Shown: positions 17,092 through 27,310 of the stretch, one piece after another | Numbering within the stretch: the stretch's first letter is position 1 | How the letters are laid out: each line of letters begins with the position of its first letter | Virus record (IMG/VR): IMGVR_UViG_3300001528_000136 | Coordinates: 122,906-186,905 of that record | Direction: 5' to 3' (one strand) | Length of the DNA: 64,000 bases | Source: a virus | Lineage: Duplodnaviria > Heunggongvirae > Uroviricota > Caudoviricetes | Notes under the pieces: generated by a model | Database searches by the model: none | Seen by the model: the letters and a program-made list of their open reading frames with translations, nothing else | Told to the model about the DNA's origin: nothing | Translations under genes and position numbers: made by a program

Positions 17092-18603
17092 CTAGTTATT
17101 ACCTTTGATAGTGCCCATCATCATATTATCTTTTGTAACTACAGAATAGTTAATACTCCACTTAGTATGCCCAAAGTTAGCTACAATATAATTACTACTT
17201 CCATACATACTGCCTACAGAAATATAATCAAACTGCTTACCAGTAGTATAAGCATAATTATGTAAATCTCCCTTAACTATATAGATATGGTCATTGTGGA
17301 GATTCATTTCTGCTAAATAATTAGCAAAATATAATTCAGTCTGAGGATTAAGTGTAAGCGGGAATTGGTGAGACTGACATGAATTGTCTTTGCCGTGAGT
17401 GAAAATCCATGAGTGCTTACCAATAGTGAAATGGTCAATGGGAAAGTTGCTTATATAACTCTTAATACCTTCATTGGCTAAATATGCAGCAAGTAACTTA
17501 TTATTTAACCAGCCCCAATTACCGTCGTGATTAGACTCACCTATACATAAATAGTTAAATTCATCACTTTTCACATTAGCTTTAAGAGACTTGAAGAACT
17601 CCATCATGCATTCCACATACGTCTCACTAATTTCCTTATCATCCATAATCTCTGGAAGCTGATGCCCACCTCTGGTAGTTTCCTTATTATATCCATCTAC
17701 TGAATCTCCAAGATTAACTACATATACAGCACCATAAGACTGTCCTGCAAAAGTCTGAACAATCTTAGTTAATCGAGATTTGATTTCTTCTTTATTATAG
17801 TTGGGAAGAGGTACGAAACTACTATATTTAGCATTATAAGCCCCAATATGTAAATCAGATAGCCAAATAATTAATATAGGATATTCCGGTTTAGTACATC
17901 GAGTATTTACAGGAAGTTCTTTATAATCCTTATTAGTAGCTTTAATTATTTCAATTAGTTTTTCTTCACTAATAGAACTCTTCATTTGTTCTTTAGTTAG
18001 TTTAATAACTAATTGTTTAAGGTCTTTAACCTCATCCTTTTCTATGGCTTTTAAGAAATCATTCTCCTTCTCACGTAATTGTATTTCTTTAAGCTCTTCA
18101 GGTGTATGTTCCTCGATAAAATGAGGTGCAAAGCTGGCAGAAGCTTTTGTGATGTTAAAAGCACGTAAAATGCGCTTAAAGTCAACTAAAGAATAGTCTG
18201 GAAAGTGTCTACTAACCTGACGCTGTGTAAGACTAGCACCATAATAAGAATATAGTCTATAGATAAGATTCATTTCATCTCTAGTTAAAGCACCTACTAC
18301 AGGAGTTTTATCACGACGAAATACTTTAAATCTATAGCTAACTATCTTACCATCTTCATCTCTAACTAATTCAGTCTCTGCTCTTTCATCATTATCAATG
18401 TGTTCTACAATATTACATTGTTTAACAGAATCATATAGAGAAATTAAATCTTCTTCCTGCCCGTTATCACGAGCATATTTAATTGCATTAGCTAGATTTC
18501 CATAGTTATATTTCTTAGCAGCACATGCCGCTTTTACGCTACAGTTATTATCCTTAGCATAATTTAATACCTTCTCTATATTCTTTCTGGTTTCCTTTTT
18601 CAT
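17092..18603 (-). CDS. calcineurin-like metallophosphoesterase with Mre11/SbcD-like motifs plus an N-terminal extra domain. The gene terminates at TAG.
   Basis: DLHIGAY (motif I), NLGDSVDG (GDxxD) and GESNHDGNWG (GNHD) in a 503-aa protein. The stop codon is TAG (17094-17092). The next in-frame TAA is 13 codons further downstream. Confidence 0.5.
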   Translation of the reverse strand: MKKETRKNIEKVLNYAKDNNCSVKAACAAKKYNYGNLANAIKYARDNGQEEDLISLYDSVKQCNIVEHIDNDERAETELVRDEDGKIVSYRFKVFRRDKTPVVGALTRDEMNLIYRLYSYYGASLTQRQVSRHFPDYSLVDFKRILRAFNITKASASFAPHFIEEHTPEELKEIQLREKENDFLKAIEKDEVKDLKQLVIKLTKEQMKSSISEEKLIEIIKATNKDYKELPVNTRCTKPEYPILIIWLSDLHIGAYNAKYSSFVPLPNYNKEEIKSRLTKIVQTFAGQSYGAVYVVNLGDSVDGYNKETTRGGHQLPEIMDDKEISETYVECMMEFFKSLKANVKSDEFNYLCIGESNHDGNWGWLNNKLLAAYLANEGIKSYISNFPIDHFTIGKHSWIFTHGKDNSCQSHQFPLTLNPQTELYFANYLAEMNLHNDHIYIVKGDLHNYAYTTGKQFDYISVGSMYGSSNYIVANFGHTKWSINYSVVTKDNMMMGTIKGNN

Positions 18604-18748
18604 TGTTAAATGTTTAAATAAAGCTATTAAGCTGTTAAATTCTGTAATCTTTTCATAGGCTTAATCTATTTATTATATTTATTTAATTAGTTAAATGCCA
18701 ACATTAATTATGTCAACATTTTACAATATATGATTCTAATTTAATTAG

Positions 18749-19522
18749 TTAGATACCTAAGATGTCCTTAACTAGATAAATCTTCTCATATTTATTTACA
18801 ATATCTCTGCCTTTATCATGTGTAATGATGTCGGTAAAAGCATTGTAAGCATCAAACATACAAATATCTTCATCATCAGGTGTATAATAGTCGGATTTAT
18901 CATCAATTACTAATTTTTTATATGCATCAATAGCTGTAGATTCTGCTAGTTTTACCGTACCAAAACCTGAATTAAATTTACTACTAATACAGTTATCAAC
19001 CCAGTGTCCTAGGTTATCATAGAGTTCATTTCTCTTAATATATGTGTTAGAGAGATTTTCCAACATAGCTCTAGTGTTATCAGTAAGTTCCATAGCCTGA
19101 TTTACAAAGGTATATTCCATTGCAGTTTCAGGTTCCAACTCACGTACTTGTAATAACTCTGGTGAAAATACACACATGTTTAAGCAAGCTTGTCTTACAG
19201 TATTCTTGAATATCTTATAAATAGGTTTACGAGTATCTAATGCATATAAAAGACTAACAGATTGAGTATGACCTTCATAAGCATATTCACCAGGCAGCTC
19301 TGCTTCTACCCATACTCTATTATAGACAATATTCTCAAAATTTACTTCGCCGTCTTTAGTTAAACTAATCTGGTCAGCAGGTTTTACTTGAATAGTAAAC
19401 TTATTAGTAAATTTAGACATTCTATCTATAAAAGGAGCTACATATTGCTCTGTTGTAAAATACTCTTTGTCTCTAATTTTAGTTGCTTTTCCTAAGAGAA
19501 GCTGTTCGGTTGTGATTTCCAT
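18749..19522 (-). CDS. hypothetical protein (257 aa)
   Basis: Intact ORF. Confidence 0.35.
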   Translation of the reverse strand: MEITTEQLLLGKATKIRDKEYFTTEQYVAPFIDRMSKFTNKFTIQVKPADQISLTKDGEVNFENIVYNRVWVEAELPGEYAYEGHTQSVSLLYALDTRKPIYKIFKNTVRQACLNMCVFSPELLQVRELEPETAMEYTFVNQAMELTDNTRAMLENLSNTYIKRNELYDNLGHWVDNCISSKFNSGFGTVKLAESTAIDAYKKLVIDDKSDYYTPDDEDICMFDAYNAFTDIITHDKGRDIVNKYEKIYLVKDILGI

Positions 19523-19662
19523 TAAAATCAGTTAATTATATAGTTAGATTTATCTTACTCTAAATTATCTATCTTATTTAACTATATAAAACAAAAAAAG
19601 GTGACTATCCTCACGGATAATCACCTTCAATTATTAGAACATAAAAATTATAGTGCTTTTAA

Positions 19663-20220
19663 TTATGCAACCTCAATACCAAAGAATGTCCAAGTACCCA
19701 TTTTAGTACTCTTAGATGGAGCATACTTAGCAGTTGCAACTACTGCATTACCCTCAACTACATCCTTTGTCTTAATCAACTTAGCGTCACCCTTGAATGT
19801 GCCACTCTTATAGAGTTCCTTAATAGCATTCTTAGCATCAGTCTTATTAGTATCAACCTTAGCAACTACATTACCATTAACATCAACCCACTTGTAGAAA
19901 GACTTAAACTTACGCTTACCCTCATTCTTTACATCCTCAATCTTATATGGGCGTTGACGTGTATCAGCTACTGCAGCCTCAACAGTGATATAATAACCAG
20001 CACCAGGACAGCTCTTTACTTTCTTCTCCAAATAATCAAGCTTAAATGCCTTCTCATCTTTCTCAGTCCAAACTCCCTCATGCTTAGCCTTAGCATTTTT
20101 AAATGCCTGTGTTGCATCACCATTTACATGAAAATACTGCTCTTCTACCTGAGCAATTGCCTCTTCTTTACTTGCTGCACTAATTGTTACACTCTTAAAA
20201 TTCAAAATTGTTGTACTCAT
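19663..20220 (-). CDS. hypothetical K/A-rich protein (185 aa)
   Basis: Intact ORF. Basic and low-complexity. It could be a DNA-binding or abundant structural protein. Confidence 0.35.
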   Translation of the reverse strand: MSTTILNFKSVTISAASKEEAIAQVEEQYFHVNGDATQAFKNAKAKHEGVWTEKDEKAFKLDYLEKKVKSCPGAGYYITVEAAVADTRQRPYKIEDVKNEGKRKFKSFYKWVDVNGNVVAKVDTNKTDAKNAIKELYKSGTFKGDAKLIKTKDVVEGNAVVATAKYAPSKSTKMGTWTFFGIEVA

Positions 20221-20395
20221 AATTATTAATTCCTTTAAACATAAATCATTTTCATTTAATCTAGAACTAATTTAATCTGTAGTTAATTGCTTAACTAATG
20301 CTTACAACTATATTTGACCTTAAAAATAATGCCAAATCAAAAATTGTAAATTTTTATTAATCTAAAAATAATGAAATTATGCACCTCTAATTTAC

Positions 20396-20743
20396 TTAGA
20401 ATGGTACATAGGAATCTAATAATTTTTTGAGTTGTTTGGGCATATCCTTAACCTTCACTCCGAAGTCTGGAAAATCCTTAACTCCATACATAAAGTCTTG
20501 ACAGACAGCCCCTAATGACTTTAGAAAGGTATTTTTCTCCACCTCACCAAAGTCTTTACCCACCTTTAATAAAACATCATAACAAGTAATATCAGATTTT
20601 TTTTTCTTCAATTCATTAGTTAAATAGCAAGTAATGGCGATAACTGCTAATTTATCACCCAAATTACTATTTAGAAAATGTAAGCTAAAGAATTTCTGGT
20701 ATATTGCCAGAGTTTTATCAAAACTTATATCGCTAAGTTCCAA
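20396..20743 (-). CDS. hypothetical protein (115 aa)
   Basis: Intact ORF. Confidence 0.3.
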   Translation of the reverse strand: MELSDISFDKTLAIYQKFFSLHFLNSNLGDKLAVIAITCYLTNELKKKKSDITCYDVLLKVGKDFGEVEKNTFLKSLGAVCQDFMYGVKDFPDFGVKVKDMPKQLKKLLDSYVPF

Positions 20744-20780
20744 CTTTAATTAAAATATTTTTATTATTTTATAATCTTAA

Positions 20781-21800
20781 TTAAAGAGAATATCCATTAT
20801 AGCCAATTTGATAAGCTGCATATCGTAGAAGTGTTCTAAACTCATGCAGACCCTGAGCACACTCTTGTTTAGTCATAGCTCTTACCTTAGTATAATATTG
20901 AGGTATAGTTGACACTACTAAATAATTAGCTTTCATTGTAGGATTCTCAATTCCATACTCTTTAATTACATACAAACGTAATAGAAAGAGATATATAGCC
21001 AGTTCTCGACTGTAATGGAACCTATTAATATTACTATCTATCTCAGATACTACTTTTCCAATTGTCTTAATGTCATTAACTACTATAGTATCTGACTCTA
21101 GGTCAATAGTAAAATTATCAAGCTTAGCTTTTAAGTGTATTATAAAGGACTTACCGTTTGGACACTCAGCTTGCACATCTAATAAAAGAGCATTCTCATT
21201 AAGAGATATTGGAGCATCAATAAGTCCAGAAGGATGTAATAATTCTTGAACTTGTGGATTATTAGTTAGGGCTTCAACACAATTAAATACAGTATCTCTG
21301 CTTTTATCATCTAAATAGATAATTTCTTTATCAGAACTACTAACTAATTGTTTTCTTGCTTTCCAATATGGAATACATTGTTCATTAACTTGCTTTATTC
21401 TATCAGCATTAAGTTTTCCTTTGTAATAGTTCACCTTATTAGAAGCTTCTGTAATATCAGAAGTTCTAACTGGGTGTTGTAACCATACAGGATATAACTC
21501 ATCTGCCATAGCTCCCATCTTAGCCGTAGGTTTACCTAGCGAAGGAGCTAATTCAAAGCATTCTGGTTGCAAGCAAAGTTCATGTACGGCTGAACCTATA
21601 ATAAGGCTCGAAATAAAACCTTCATCTTTAAATCCTACAAAGAATGATTCAGGAGAACCACCTTGTCTTGGATTAAGAAGTCCTAATCTTGAATTACTTA
21701 TATATCCACCGTATTTAGGTGAGAAATACTCAACATCACTTATCTTAACTAGTTGCAGAGTGTCAAGAAGTGGTGTAAGTTTAATTTCACTAAGTTGCAT
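20781..21800 (-). CDS. hypothetical protein (339 aa)
   Basis: Intact ORF. Confidence 0.35.
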   Translation of the reverse strand: MQLSEIKLTPLLDTLQLVKISDVEYFSPKYGGYISNSRLGLLNPRQGGSPESFFVGFKDEGFISSLIIGSAVHELCLQPECFELAPSLGKPTAKMGAMADELYPVWLQHPVRTSDITEASNKVNYYKGKLNADRIKQVNEQCIPYWKARKQLVSSSDKEIIYLDDKSRDTVFNCVEALTNNPQVQELLHPSGLIDAPISLNENALLLDVQAECPNGKSFIIHLKAKLDNFTIDLESDTIVVNDIKTIGKVVSEIDSNINRFHYSRELAIYLFLLRLYVIKEYGIENPTMKANYLVVSTIPQYYTKVRAMTKQECAQGLHEFRTLLRYAAYQIGYNGYSL

Positions 21801-22314
21801 ATCCTAGAATATCTAACTCATTTAAATAGGCATCTAAAATCTCATCGTAATCTAAGTGATAAATGCGAAATTCACATTTCACATTCTGATTGTGTGGTCT
21901 ATCAATAAGAAGAGCAGGTAATCCGCTCTTTATTGCTTTAGCTACATTACTATAACTATCATCAATAAGAACATCACACCTGCCCTTAATTATGTCAGCT
22001 TTATTACCATGTTGATAATACATCTGATAAATAGGCTTTATTGGTAAACCATGTTTTAATAAAGAGTTTCGAGTATAACTCTTTGGTATAATGCGTTTAG
22101 TTGCATAGATATAAGGCTCGAAGTTAGGTTTTTCTAATAACTCTAGATTCTCCCAGAACTCTTTATCATGTTGCAACTTACGTACATTCTTAGTTATTAT
22201 GCCTTGATTGGTGAAATCACTGTTAGGAAATCTCTCTTTGTAAGCTCCCCACCAGTCTAATAGAGTGTCATCCAGGTCAAAGGCACATCTAAGATTCATA
22301 TTCCTCAAGTTCAT
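21790..22314 (-). CDS. HAD-family phosphatase, likely a 5'(3')-deoxyribonucleotidase
   Basis: N-terminal FDLDDTLLDW (DxDxT HAD motif I). 174 aa. Confidence 0.5.
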   Translation of the reverse strand: MNLRNMNLRCAFDLDDTLLDWWGAYKERFPNSDFTNQGIITKNVRKLQHDKEFWENLELLEKPNFEPYIYATKRIIPKSYTRNSLLKHGLPIKPIYQMYYQHGNKADIIKGRCDVLIDDSYSNVAKAIKSGLPALLIDRPHNQNVKCEFRIYHLDYDEILDAYLNELDILGYAT

Positions 22315-22522
22315 GTATTTCTCCTATGTAAATGCCTTTATTAGGTTCCATATATACAAGAAATTCATCATAGTCTGTGAATCCTGCAATTTCATCAGAA
22401 TCTAATTTATTGGCATAATATTCAATAATCTTATCTTGACACTCTTCTATACTATTTGCATGTATAGTTAGAATATCACACTTAGGAGAATCATCATAAT
22501 AAGGAACTAAATAAGTATTCAT
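22289..22522 (-). CDS. hypothetical protein (77 aa)
   Basis: Intact ORF. Confidence 0.25.
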   Translation of the reverse strand: MNTYLVPYYDDSPKCDILTIHANSIEECQDKIIEYYANKLDSDEIAGFTDYDEFLVYMEPNKGIYIGEIHELEEYES

Positions 22523-23055
22523 TAACTTACTTTACTAATTAATTGATAAAAGTAATCTATAGGTATAACAGCAACAGTACCAGGACTTTGTTCTCCATCC
22601 TTGCCTGCTTTCTTCCAACACATTACAAATGGTTTATCTTTTAATGAAGATTGGTCTCTAATTGTAAAATAATTAGGCATGTTCTGAGTATATTTAGCTT
22701 GTATATAACAAGGGACATCCTCATCACAAATATCCACCTTATTAGCGTCAAGGGTCTTATCTTTATTGCGACTAGTCATACAATTCGGATACCCAATCTC
22801 TCTTAACTTATGAACAATTTCTAATTCAAAGTTTGATCCCTTCTTTTTACTTTTACGAGCAGTTAAAGAGCGTCTCACAGCTGGGTCTGCCCATTGAAAT
22901 GTCATTCCATCTTTTGATTTAGCACCAGAGCCAGGTTTATTAGCTCTAGATTTAATTGAATTAACTGTTAATTTAGTCATTTCGGAAGCTTCTTCTATAG
23001 TCTGGAATGTTTGAGTTTTGCCGTTCTTATAAGTTACTGTTACTTGTGTATTCAC
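22522..23055 (-). CDS. putative DNA-binding protein (N-terminal NUMOD/IENR-like helix pattern)
   Basis: N-terminus ...YKNGKTQTFQTIEEASEMTKLTVNSI resembles homing-endonuclease-associated DNA-binding modules. No nuclease motif was seen. Confidence 0.3.
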   Translation of the reverse strand: MNTQVTVTYKNGKTQTFQTIEEASEMTKLTVNSIKSRANKPGSGAKSKDGMTFQWADPAVRRSLTARKSKKKGSNFELEIVHKLREIGYPNCMTSRNKDKTLDANKVDICDEDVPCYIQAKYTQNMPNYFTIRDQSSLKDKPFVMCWKKAGKDGEQSPGTVAVIPIDYFYQLISKVS

Positions 23056-24059
23056 CTAGGTCTTTCCCATTCTTTTATATATTTAATTGATTCTTTAATA
23101 AATTCAATAGTCTGCTTTCTACCATACTTTTTATGAAAATCACTAATATCCTTAGCACCATATCTTCTAGGTATAATACAAGGAATTAGGAAGTCATATT
23201 TCCTACGTAATATATTAGTGTAATGTACACCACATAAGTCAGCATCAAAAAGTAGTACTATTTTTTCAAATCGTTGCTTTAAATCTTCTAAGATAGTATC
23301 AGAAATAAACTGAGTTTCACTTTGAGGACTACAAGCGGGTATTCCCATACTATATAAACACATACAATCTTTTTGTGACTTAGTAATTACAAGCAATTTA
23401 CCAGACTTAGGTAATTGTCTATAACCTTGAATAGTTTTAGTTGAGATATTACCTATAAATCTATAGTCAGTCTTAGTAGGATAATAAATCTTCCATTGTT
23501 CTATATGTTCTTTCTTTCCAAAGTAATAGCCATAACTAGGACATTTTGGAGTAGATTGACTAAATATAGAACCATTTAAAAAAACTGTCTTACAACTAAA
23601 TACTCTATACTTAGTTAGGATAGATTTAGTTATGCCATATTGTTTCCACCATTCTAACTCTGCTTCTGAAAACTCCTTCTGTTCTATCTGAATAAATGTT
23701 TGTTTATCACCATCAAATTTCTCTTGTTTAATTATTTTAACAGCTGTCTTATGATTAGGATCTTTGATTAATCCAAAATCTTTAGCTATTATTTTAAGAG
23801 CTTCATGGTATTCACAATTAAATTTCTTCATTACAACATTTTCAAAAGCAAGACATTCTCCAGTGGCAAAGTCTTTGAAGTAAAGTCTCCCAGACTTGCC
23901 TCTGAAGAATGAACATGTGGTATGCTTATCTTGTCGTAACGGACTACAAAATAAGCCTTTATTTACGGGGATTCCTAGGTAATATGACATGTAGGTTTCC
24001 TCATTATTTTCACTTAGAAGAAACTCCCTAGTAACTTTAGGTTCAAAGCTAAAGTCCAT
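23052..24059 (-). CDS. DNA primase (CHC2 zinc finger + TOPRIM)
   Basis: CSPLRQDKHTTCSF matches the DnaG-type Zn finger CPFHxExTPSF. TOPRIM-like IVLLFDADLCG. Confidence 0.6.
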   Translation of the reverse strand: MDFSFEPKVTREFLLSENNEETYMSYYLGIPVNKGLFCSPLRQDKHTTCSFFRGKSGRLYFKDFATGECLAFENVVMKKFNCEYHEALKIIAKDFGLIKDPNHKTAVKIIKQEKFDGDKQTFIQIEQKEFSEAELEWWKQYGITKSILTKYRVFSCKTVFLNGSIFSQSTPKCPSYGYYFGKKEHIEQWKIYYPTKTDYRFIGNISTKTIQGYRQLPKSGKLLVITKSQKDCMCLYSMGIPACSPQSETQFISDTILEDLKQRFEKIVLLFDADLCGVHYTNILRRKYDFLIPCIIPRRYGAKDISDFHKKYGRKQTIEFIKESIKYIKEWERPR

Positions 24060-24073
24060 AGAGAATTATTTAA

Positions 24074-24763
24074 TTAAAGCAAGCTACTCAAATCTAAATC
24101 ATCTTTAGGAGCCTCATCAACTCCTGCTGTATCTTCGCTAGCCTTCTCTGGGTCAGTTGGTTTAGCCTTCAAGAATTCATCACGTTTAGTTGTTTCGTAA
24201 TCAGACCAGAAAAGCTTCTCCCCAATATAATTATCACAGATAAATGCTTCCTCCTCCTTATTAAGAGCCAAAATACGTGGAATCTGAGCTACAACCTTAC
24301 CATCACGGTTGCGACCTGTCAATTTAATCTTAATCTTTTTTCCTACTACTGGAGTAAGTACCTTAACTACCATTCCAGCAAGTTGGTCAAAGCTAGTACA
24401 TTTAGTACTTGCTTTTTGTAATGTATCAAAACCTTTTGGATTTAAAATCTGCACAGTCTGCTTGATTATTGCCATTGTATTCTCGAAAGGTGAAGCCATA
24501 TGAACTTTACCTCCATTTTGTCCATCAAACTCGGGACGAACATCATCACCGTCCTTAGGGAAGAACAAATCTACATTGAAATAACCATCTTCGTTAGCAT
24601 ACTTAAAGCTCAACAACTGATAAACCGCATTGGGGTCCTTTTTACCTTGGAATTTACGAACCTCAGCACCCTTAAACTCAACATCGTGAATTTCCCAAGG
24701 TGTAAGAGGACGAACAGTTGAACGAACAGCAGACTCAGCAGAAAGACCAAAATTAAATGACAT
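24074..24763 (-). CDS. putative single-stranded DNA-binding protein
   Basis: Acidic C-terminal tail ...DEAPKDDLDLSSLL. It sits between the primase and the ATPase/helicase genes. The OB fold is not verifiable by eye. Confidence 0.3.
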   Translation of the reverse strand: MSFNFGLSAESAVRSTVRPLTPWEIHDVEFKGAEVRKFQGKKDPNAVYQLLSFKYANEDGYFNVDLFFPKDGDDVRPEFDGQNGGKVHMASPFENTMAIIKQTVQILNPKGFDTLQKASTKCTSFDQLAGMVVKVLTPVVGKKIKIKLTGRNRDGKVVAQIPRILALNKEEEAFICDNYIGEKLFWSDYETTKRDEFLKAKPTDPEKASEDTAGVDEAPKDDLDLSSLL

Positions 24764-24845
24764 ACTTTATAAAATTTTCAGAATTTAATGTTTCATAATC
24801 TATATTATTTAGTTATCTAATAATTAGTTAATTATCTTTATTTAA

Positions 24846-25415
24846 TTAGAGAGTGAAATCTAAAGAACTAACTTCTGTAGAATCACCCTCTTCTATATTA
24901 TCCAAATCAGTTAAATCAAGTTCAGACTCAATATTAACTAATTCCTTAGGAACTTCCTTCTCTTCTGGCATTTTATCACCTATAAGCCAATATATGCCTT
25001 CTTTATCAGTTGGTTCCATCTTAAAGATAGTACCATAGCTAGCTAACTTAGTATTATTAGCTCCACTATATCTAACAGTATTCTTGGCAGTAAGTAAATT
25101 ACCTCCTTTACATTTAAATGCAGAATCAGTACCTATACAGGGCACTAGACTTTTACCCTTCTTGTCATACTTGATGTCAACACGACAATCTTCACAGACT
25201 TGTAACAAGTCCACAGCTCCTTGGGTAAGTATGAGCTTGTTAGTATCAAGTGTTACAATAGGTTCAGGATTCTCATCTTTCTTACTAGAACTCTTTTTAG
25301 ATGTAGTAGCTTTCTTAGCTGTATCTACCTTTATTTCCTCCTTACCAAGATAAGTAATTTCGCCTGTTTGTTCATTTACTTCATAGTGCATCAAAATGTC
25401 CAGCTTCATATTCAA
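24846..25415 (-). CDS. hypothetical protein (189 aa)
   Basis: Intact ORF with an acidic C-terminus. Confidence 0.3.
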   Translation of the reverse strand: MNMKLDILMHYEVNEQTGEITYLGKEEIKVDTAKKATTSKKSSSKKDENPEPIVTLDTNKLILTQGAVDLLQVCEDCRVDIKYDKKGKSLVPCIGTDSAFKCKGGNLLTAKNTVRYSGANNTKLASYGTIFKMEPTDKEGIYWLIGDKMPEEKEVPKELVNIESELDLTDLDNIEEGDSTEVSSLDFTL

Positions 25416-25440
25416 TTATTTATTTAGTTAATTAGTTAGA

Positions 25441-26163
25441 TTAATCTTCGTTCTCAAACTCGTTAATTCGGTCTATTACTGCCTTCATATTAGGCTCAAT
25501 ATATAAATCTTCGAAGCAACCGGTAGTACTTCTACAAGTGTCTTTACCCAAGGAATGTGTTCTGAACTTATAACTTACTTCATTAGTTACACTATCTATA
25601 AGTTTCTCCGCATAAAGTAAATAATTAAACATCCCATCAATATTGACACTTCTATCAAGTAACTTTCCAGTTGTAAATAACTTATAACTTGGATCTAAAT
25701 CATTACCATCATTGACAATATGTGAGATAAATACAACTACGAGGTCATCACGAAGATTCATAGCATCAATAAGTAAAGTATAATAGTGCATCGCGAATTC
25801 CGTATGCTTATCATAGCCTTTTTCAAGAGCTCTAGACATTACTTCCTGTGAAAGAAGATAATTAGCATCATCTATTACAAGCACTTTAATATTAGGCATC
25901 TTAGCATCTACTATTTTCATAATGTTTTCTACCTTAGTAAAATCATTACTATAGAACCAGTTACCTTCTATTTTAACTACTTCTTTACCTTCTTTATTTT
26001 TAACCTTAGTTTGAGTAAGTTTCTTATAATTCTTTCTAAAACCCTTAATAGATAATTGTTTTGGAGTACAGCTAATAATAAATGTCTCTTTAGGGTCTAA
26101 ATATGCTAAAGAACTACTTTTACCACTGCCTGAAAAACCACCCAATCCTATAATTTGGCTCAT
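25441..26163 (-). CDS. P-loop ATPase (Sak4/RecA-like small phage ATPase)
   Basis: Walker A GLGGFSGSGKSSS at the N-terminus. Walker B-like KVLVIDDANYL. 240 aa. Confidence 0.5.
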   Translation of the reverse strand: MSQIIGLGGFSGSGKSSSLAYLDPKETFIISCTPKQLSIKGFRKNYKKLTQTKVKNKEGKEVVKIEGNWFYSNDFTKVENIMKIVDAKMPNIKVLVIDDANYLLSQEVMSRALEKGYDKHTEFAMHYYTLLIDAMNLRDDLVVVFISHIVNDGNDLDPSYKLFTTGKLLDRSVNIDGMFNYLLYAEKLIDSVTNEVSYKFRTHSLGKDTCRSTTGCFEDLYIEPNMKAVIDRINEFENED

Positions 26164-27299
26164 AATATAAATGAATAATTAGTATTTTGATTATTATCTA
26201 CTTCTTTTACTTCATCTACATTATTTAATTCAGTATTTAACTGATTAATCTCATCTTCTAATAACCAATTAGGACTAGTATATTTCTCATAATCATAAAT
26301 ATTTTCTGGTTTAGGTAAATCTGCATAATGACTACAATCACCATAAAAACCAGTTGGAATCATCATATCTGATGCACCAAATCTACTCTTTAAGATAAAC
26401 ACTCCAATAAAACATTGTTCTAATGTCTTAATATTATATTTCTTATAAGTAGCTAATTTATATTTATGTGGACTAAATAAACCTATAACTACCATAGAAT
26501 CCTCAACAAGACTACCAGAATCTTTATAATCTTCAATAGACGGATCCTGAAGCCCTTGTTTCATTCTTTCTTGACCATTGCTATTTCTGTTAAACTGAGA
26601 AATCATTATTGGAGACACAATTTTAGTATTATTTCTGATTTGAACAGAATCTCTAGAAATTGCATCTATTTCTTCCTTTTTAGATCTCCCATTACTAGCT
26701 TTAATCAAAGTCATATGGTCAATAACAACACCAAGAATCATGTGAGGATTATTAGGTATATATTTATCTCCTTCAAATGTTCCCCACTTTTCGAGTTCCT
26801 CATTCATCTCTCTCAAATAAGTAGCTTCATTAAGACTTCCCTCAAAGAAAGATAGTCTTTCATCAAGTATCTTAATAAATTCTTTACACTTAGTTAAGAG
26901 TTCATATTCTTCATCAGTTAAACGACAATCTTTGCCTCTAGAGAATATTTGCTTGAATCGTAATTCTACTCCAAATTCATCAAATATATACATACTAACT
27001 AGTTTAGCATATACTTGACTTCTTGTCATTTCTAATGAGAACATCTTCCAATGAGGGTTCCTTTCTGGACATTCTCCTCTCATGTAAGCTCTAAGTGGAC
27101 AATAAACATACCTATAAAGTGTAAAGGTAGTCTTACCTGTACCACTAGCTCCACCTATTAAAAACGAAACACCAGGAAGATAGCCATCAGCATATAAGTC
27201 TAGTTTAGGAGAACCAGTACTAAGTCCTATATTATGTCCTTCACGTCCTTCATCTACTAGTTGAAAGAACTCCTCTAATCCACTTATTTCTTTTGACAT
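26160..27299 (-). CDS. DnaB/gp4-like replicative helicase (RecA-fold)
   Basis: Walker A FLIGGASGTGKTTFTL. 379 aa. Adjacent to the primase/ATPase block. Confidence 0.5.
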   Translation of the reverse strand: MSKEISGLEEFFQLVDEGREGHNIGLSTGSPKLDLYADGYLPGVSFLIGGASGTGKTTFTLYRYVYCPLRAYMRGECPERNPHWKMFSLEMTRSQVYAKLVSMYIFDEFGVELRFKQIFSRGKDCRLTDEEYELLTKCKEFIKILDERLSFFEGSLNEATYLREMNEELEKWGTFEGDKYIPNNPHMILGVVIDHMTLIKASNGRSKKEEIDAISRDSVQIRNNTKIVSPIMISQFNRNSNGQERMKQGLQDPSIEDYKDSGSLVEDSMVVIGLFSPHKYKLATYKKYNIKTLEQCFIGVFILKSRFGASDMMIPTGFYGDCSHYADLPKPENIYDYEKYTSPNWLLEDEINQLNTELNNVDEVKEVDNNQNTNYSFIL

Positions 27300-27310
27300 T
27301 AATTCTTTAG

